A stretch of DNA of 63,015 nucleotides, the filler included, from Vannella sp. (lineage: Eukaryota): the NCBI GenBank assembly GCA_023345925.1. It is 7 parts of 7 records of this genome, joined end to end, with 100 filler letters (N's around TTAATTAATTAA, not from the genome) between each part and the next. Parts side by side here need not be neighbours in the genome. Positions count along the whole stretch, not along the records: positions 44,005 to 58,883 come from JAJQQN010000144.1; positions 58,984 to 63,015 come from JAJQQN010000687.1; 5 more parts are not named here. One strand, written 5' to 3'. The position numbers were made by a program, and so were the translations under genes. Below the pieces are notes generated by a model, which saw only the letters and a program-made list of their open reading frames with translations, ran no database searches and was not told the DNA's origin. The first letter of the stretch is position 1, and each line of letters opens with the position of its first letter. This document shows positions 58,684 through 63,015 of this stretch, piece by piece.

Positions 58684-58819
58684 GACGGATTCCCTGTTAT
58701 TTGCATCAAGAATTACTTAAGAATACCCAACCCTAGCCATAAGATATATTATTAAGCCTTATTACAAGCTATAACTACCCCTGTTCAATGAGGAATCTCT
58801 TCCAAGAAAAGGAGAAGGA

Positions 58820-58840
58820 TAGGGTTTAGGGTTTAGGGTT
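58820..58840. repeat. (TAGGGTT)3 telomere-like repeat
   Basis: Three copies of the TTTAGGG-type unit about 45 bp from the contig end. Confidence 0.75.
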
Positions 58841-58883
58841 ATATTTAGGTGCTCTCCTTCCTGCCTCTGTGAAAGCCTAAGCC

Positions 58884-58983
58884 NNNNNNNNNNNNNNNNN
58901 NNNNNNNNNNNNNNNNNNNNNNNNNNNTTAATTAATTAANNNNNNNNNNNNNNNNNNNNNNNNNNNNNNNNNNNNNNNNNNNN
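58884..58983. other. Artificial contig spacer
   Basis: N44-TTAATTAATTAA-N44. Confidence 0.99.
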
Positions 58984-59145
58984 AGGAAGAAGAGAAGAAG
59001 AAGAGGAGAAGGAGAAGAACTCACCATAATGGGGATGCTTTTAGAGAGTAAGTGACTGATCCATCAGCCCCTTCGTCCCTCCCATTCTCATTCCCATTCC
59101 TTTTGATGTGTTGTCTTTTAAGTTGAGCTGAATCATTCCAAACAG

Positions 59146-60430
59146 ACACCGCTGGATCTTGCCCTGCAAAAGGGCCATAAGGAGATCATCGAGTTGCTGA
59201 TCGAAAGGGGTGGCCGATGCGAAGGGGTGCGTCTTCTCAATGCAGAGAGAGCGAGGAGAAGCTCACCAAAGTGCAGGAGCAAGCCAGGTTGGACCAGTTC
59301 GTCGACCAAAAAGTAAGAGAAGAAGGCCAGCAGAGATGCAACGGAGAGAAAAGACTGAACTGGGTGCGCAGAAGGAGACAGCGCAATTGGAGGCCAAGCA
59401 GAGGGAGGCGGAGCGAGCAAGACTGGAGGCCCAAGAGAAAGCAGCACAGGTTCTCATGGAGGAGCAACGGAACGCGAAGCGCCAGCGAGAACTGGAAGTG
59501 ATTCAGTCCCGACCCATCCAAATCCAAAAGGCATTGGGAGTGCCTACTCGCGTTGCAGTTACATTGGCGTCAGCGCCTCATCTACAAGAGGCAGAGATGC
59601 GGAAGTGGTTCGAAGACGGGCGATTGCCGGGTTCCTTCTCCCTCAAGCTTCTTTGGAAGCCAGTCGTTGCGAAATTGGAGCGTTTTAGTGAAACATTGGA
59701 TGTCAAGAAGTCCGCTATCACCTTGCAACAGCAGCAGAGAGAGAACGCTTCTCAAAAGGCTCACCGGACCAAGCGGCAGATTCAAGATCTCAGCAACCAA
59801 CTCAATGCATTGAAGGAGGAGGAGCAGAGATGCGAGCAAAAGGAGAACGAGCTGAAGACTGAGCTTGAGTTTCTCAAAGGGCTGAAGGTCGTTGATTTGC
59901 TTCCTTTTGTCCGTGCTGCTGCCAAGGTAGAGGAGGAATTGGCCTTTGGACTCGAAGCTGCACTCGACAAAGACCCGGAAGGCCTCTTTGCCTTGAATGA
60001 AGAAGGCTCTCCGAAGCTGGCCTTCCTGATGAACTGCTTTGATGTCAATGCAAGAGCCATCCAGGAGCTGGCAGAATGTGGCGGCGCGGACTTTCCGAGT
60101 CTTACAGTGGAAGAAGTGAAAGAACTTGTGGCTGGATTGCCAAGAGATCAACAAGATGCGGTGCTCTACGCTCAAGAACGTCTCCAGAATGGAAAACTCC
60201 CTTTTGCAGAGCACGATTGCGCCCTTTGCGATTGCGAAACACCAGAAGAGATGGCCTACTTCTTGAATGAGAACGGATTTGAGCAGGTCACCGCCGACCA
60301 CATCCGTAGAACAGGCGCCTTTGGGCGCGGAGCTATTCTGTTCCTTACTCCCCAAGAGCTGCAATTGGGCAACGGTAAAGACGTGAAACTGGCATTGGCC
60401 AAGTGCCGCGCTCCTCATCGCAGGGCCTAA
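59146..60430 (+). pseudogene. Ankyrin + coiled-coil + SAM-like gene, 5' truncated, with an apparent +1 frameshift
   Basis: After a CAG acceptor: TPLDLALQKGHKEIIELLIERG; the expected ADA continuation is in another frame (ORF 59210..60430). The C-terminus EEMAYFLNENGF...ILFLTPQEL is SAM-like. Confidence 0.55.
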
Positions 60431-61155
60431 CAAGCGTCCTTGCCTCCATTCTTTTCTCACTATGACTTCCTAACAATACACTACCCACTATGACTTCTTC
60501 AATCACACTCTTCATCGTCTGGTCCTTGGCATCTGCCGCTTCGATACCAAAGACACTCGAGATGCGTTTGCCAATTGTGACATCTTTTAGCCCCCTTTAA
60601 CTCCCCAGTGATCAGAACAGCACTTTGGCTTCACAGAGAGGCTCTTTGAGGTGCTCCCATTTGCATTCGAGACAGAATTTGGCATCTTCCCAATACTGCC
60701 AATCTCCAAAGCCCATCAGTATGACATTTTCCCAGGGATTCTTGCAGCTGCTGGTAGATGGAGGCACACGCTCTCTCTCAGGAGGAAGGGGGCGTCTGGA
60801 GTTAGAGATGCGGCTAGTATGGACGATTGGGGACGGGCAACCCTCCCTATCAGCCCCAAACCATTCCAAATGAGTACTCTACTTGCCCGTCATAGATTTC
60901 GTGAAGGAGTAAGCGATCTCCTCATGGGAATGGAGACTCATCCGTTGGTGGCCATTGGGAAGTCTGAAACCGACCTCCGTTGAGATAGACATGAAACCTT
61001 CATAACAGGATCACCTATCCCAGACAACATGCTTGGAGAAGGCATCCAGAGAACTCTTTCAAGTTGAAAGTCGAGAATGGGAAAGGGAAGGAGATAAGAG
61101 AGGAGTTTGCTGTTCATTCTGCCTCAAACTGGAAGAGAACCTATCTGAAGAGGCT

Positions 61156-62089
61156 CTAAAATTGGCTGGCCAGGGCGAAGGAGAGCTTTTGGTCCTCAGA
61201 GATGAAAACCATGCAAGGAAGAGAGCTGGCTTCAACAGGGTCAGGAAGGGAGTCTCCCGAAGTGTATAGGCCGCTAATCGCCACCAATTCTGCTTGCATG
61301 CTCTTCGTGTAAATGCGGGAGTCCTCATCACCACTGATTCCTGCCAGAGCCCGCCCAAAGAGAGTTCCATGAATATGGATGTCTCCGTCGGATAGCACTT
61401 CAGCTCCGGATGACACGTTCCCTAGAATGACTAATTGGGCTTTGGGCCCTCTTGCGTACACTTGCTGGCCGCTACGGACAGTACTCAGTACCTCTCGTCG
61501 CTCCCCTAACTCAATTGATGCTGGTTCTGCGACTACGGGAGCTGGTGGCTCTGCTGAAGCTACCTTCTTCTCTTTCTTTTCTTTCTTCTTCTCTCCTGTC
61601 TCTAAGACTCGTGGCTGTCCCTTCGGAACAGTGAGAATGGGAATACCGATGGCTTGCGCCTCTTTCTGTGAGTGGCGGGTGAGGACCAGAGGTAGCTTCA
61701 ACGAGTAATCTCTTACTTGGAGAGAGTTGGAGAGATTGGTGATCCCAACAGGGTGCAGGCTCAACTGGATCAAGGTTTGGTAGACCTGCCGAAGGTTCTC
61801 CATGGTCACCTGCGTAGAGGGTGAGGCGTGGAAGGGAAGAACTCATATCTACTACTTGAGATGTCACTTCTTCAGCGTCGATCACGACTGGGGCATGGTT
61901 GTAGAACTGAGGGGCGAGAGCAATGCGAGCAGAGAGTTCGGACAAAAGGCTGGAGGAGCCACCGAGGTGAGTGTTTTGCAGGCGTATTGTCGGGAGGCTG
62001 AAGCTTTTCGACACAAAGACATTGGAACTCAACCGCCGAGACACGAGTGGTGTTTGCGAACAAACTGAGCTCGACCATCTCGCCAGCAT
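61156..62089 (-). CDS. minC: Septum site-determining protein MinC, nucleus-encoded with a mitochondrial presequence
   Basis: MinC_N LSARIALAPQFYNHAPVVID; MinC_C TVRSGQQVYA...LVILGNVSSGAEVLSDGDIHIHGTLFGRALAG...AELVAISG; GT-AG introns 61810-61855 and 61666-61716; presequence MLARWSSSVCSQTPLVSRRLSS. Confidence 0.95.
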
Positions 62090-62268
62090 CTTGATATTGA
62101 CAAAGTGAGCTCATTTCTCCAAACCTGGGAATAAGTCAGACAGACAGTGTAATGTGGGCCCTCGTTTTCATCACAATTTGGGCCCCCTTTGGACTGATTA
62201 GGGCAGCCTTTAGCCCGCTCGTTACATACAGTTGGAATACACATACAATACTGTTACTAACTGTGCTA

Positions 62269-63015
62269 TCACAGCCCTAGCCCACCTGCCCATAGCGCGC
62301 AGTTGTTCGATGACCGTGCAAACCTTGTATTTCACCAGTAGCTCTTCTCCAGCCGATGTGGCAAGTCTTCGCCGTTCATTGCCTCCTGGTATAAGAGTGC
62401 GAAACTTCTTGGAGAGTTTTGTGAACCCCAGCTTGTATCTGTTCGATTGTGAATGATAGCAGCGAAGACCTTTGCCTTAGGCGTATAATAGGCTCAACCA
62501 CATTCGTACGTCGACTTATTGAGGGGACTCAAGAAGGTGTAATCAAAGGTCCCCGGAAAGCGGGCATCTGATTGGCTCACCAGCTTGGATCGAGTCAATC
62601 CCTGAGGATGTTGAGTGGGTGCGTGTTCTCCCAAATGAGCTTGTTTACAGCGCCGATGAACTAGCGAGAGCCGTCAATAGGGAGGTAACTCTTCGAAGTA
62701 ACCACTTTCTCGTTGAGGGAGCGTGGGATGTCGTCCAAGCGGGAGAGTTCGTCCTGAAGCACACGGCACTCAGCTTCTCTGACTGAGGGTAGAATCAGAG
62801 CCTCTCCTTGGGTATTGAACAAAGAAGCGTTGAACAGGAGCATCTTTTTTGCGTCCCTCGTCCCTGGTCGAGTTCCAGAACATATCTGAGAACGCTACCA
62901 TTGTACGAGGTATCAATTCCCTTGACATCAGCATGAAGGACTGTGAAGGAGGTCTTGTTTATGCGCGAGGAGCGGATGATGCCTCCACAGTGGTCCGTAT
63001 TGCGAACTGCTCCCT
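62269..63015 (-). CDS. 3' part of a multi-exon hypothetical gene
   Basis: Short open frames separated by GT-AG-like segments; no family recognised; splicing unresolved. Confidence 0.3.

Noticed and set aside
58820..58883. True chromosome end
   Set aside because: Only three repeat units, followed by non-telomeric sequence before the contig break.
60490..61150. Possible gene between the ankyrin-like gene and minC
   Set aside because: Only short ORFs with stops in all frames; no consistent splice model or motif found.
61156..62089. MinC as bacterial contamination
   Set aside because: It has two spliceosomal introns and a presequence, and no minD/minE operon neighbours.
1..63015. tRNA/rRNA genes, transposases, non-standard genetic code
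   Set aside because: None recognised by eye; conserved genes translate with the standard code and use TAA, TAG and TGA as stops.

Overview
Eukaryotic nuclear DNA from a gene-dense protist, probably an amoebozoan (inference from a RasG/RasD-type Ras, ~45-60 nt GT-AG introns and a mitochondrial MinC). It is not one locus: seven contigs are joined by artificial 100-nt N44-TTAATTAATTAA-N44 spacers (4420, 23367, 29336, 36007, 43905, 58884). About 30 genes were reconstructed by manual splicing. Housekeeping genes: glycogen phosphorylase, DOHH, snurportin, USP12/46, ESS2, Furry/TAO3, PSMG4, DHCR7, Sec6, Ras, a BIG/Sec7 ArfGEF and uS15m. The most notable items are: (1) an SMCHD1/GMI1-like chromatin protein with an extra canonical-looking BAH domain; (2) a secreted, probably GPI-anchored LRR gene built from 16 phase-2/2 one-repeat exons (15 of exactly 69 bp, one broken) that the ORF track largely misses; (3) an intron-containing, mitochondrially targeted MinC; (4) a VKOR-thioredoxin fusion of the LTO1/SynDsbAB type; (5) a probable ankyrin-UVRAG fusion; (6) a decayed bacterial-type GGDEF fragment lying in an oversized intron; (7) an FH1-less formin beside a RhoGAP. 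All family assignments come from recognising motifs by eye; no database search was run.
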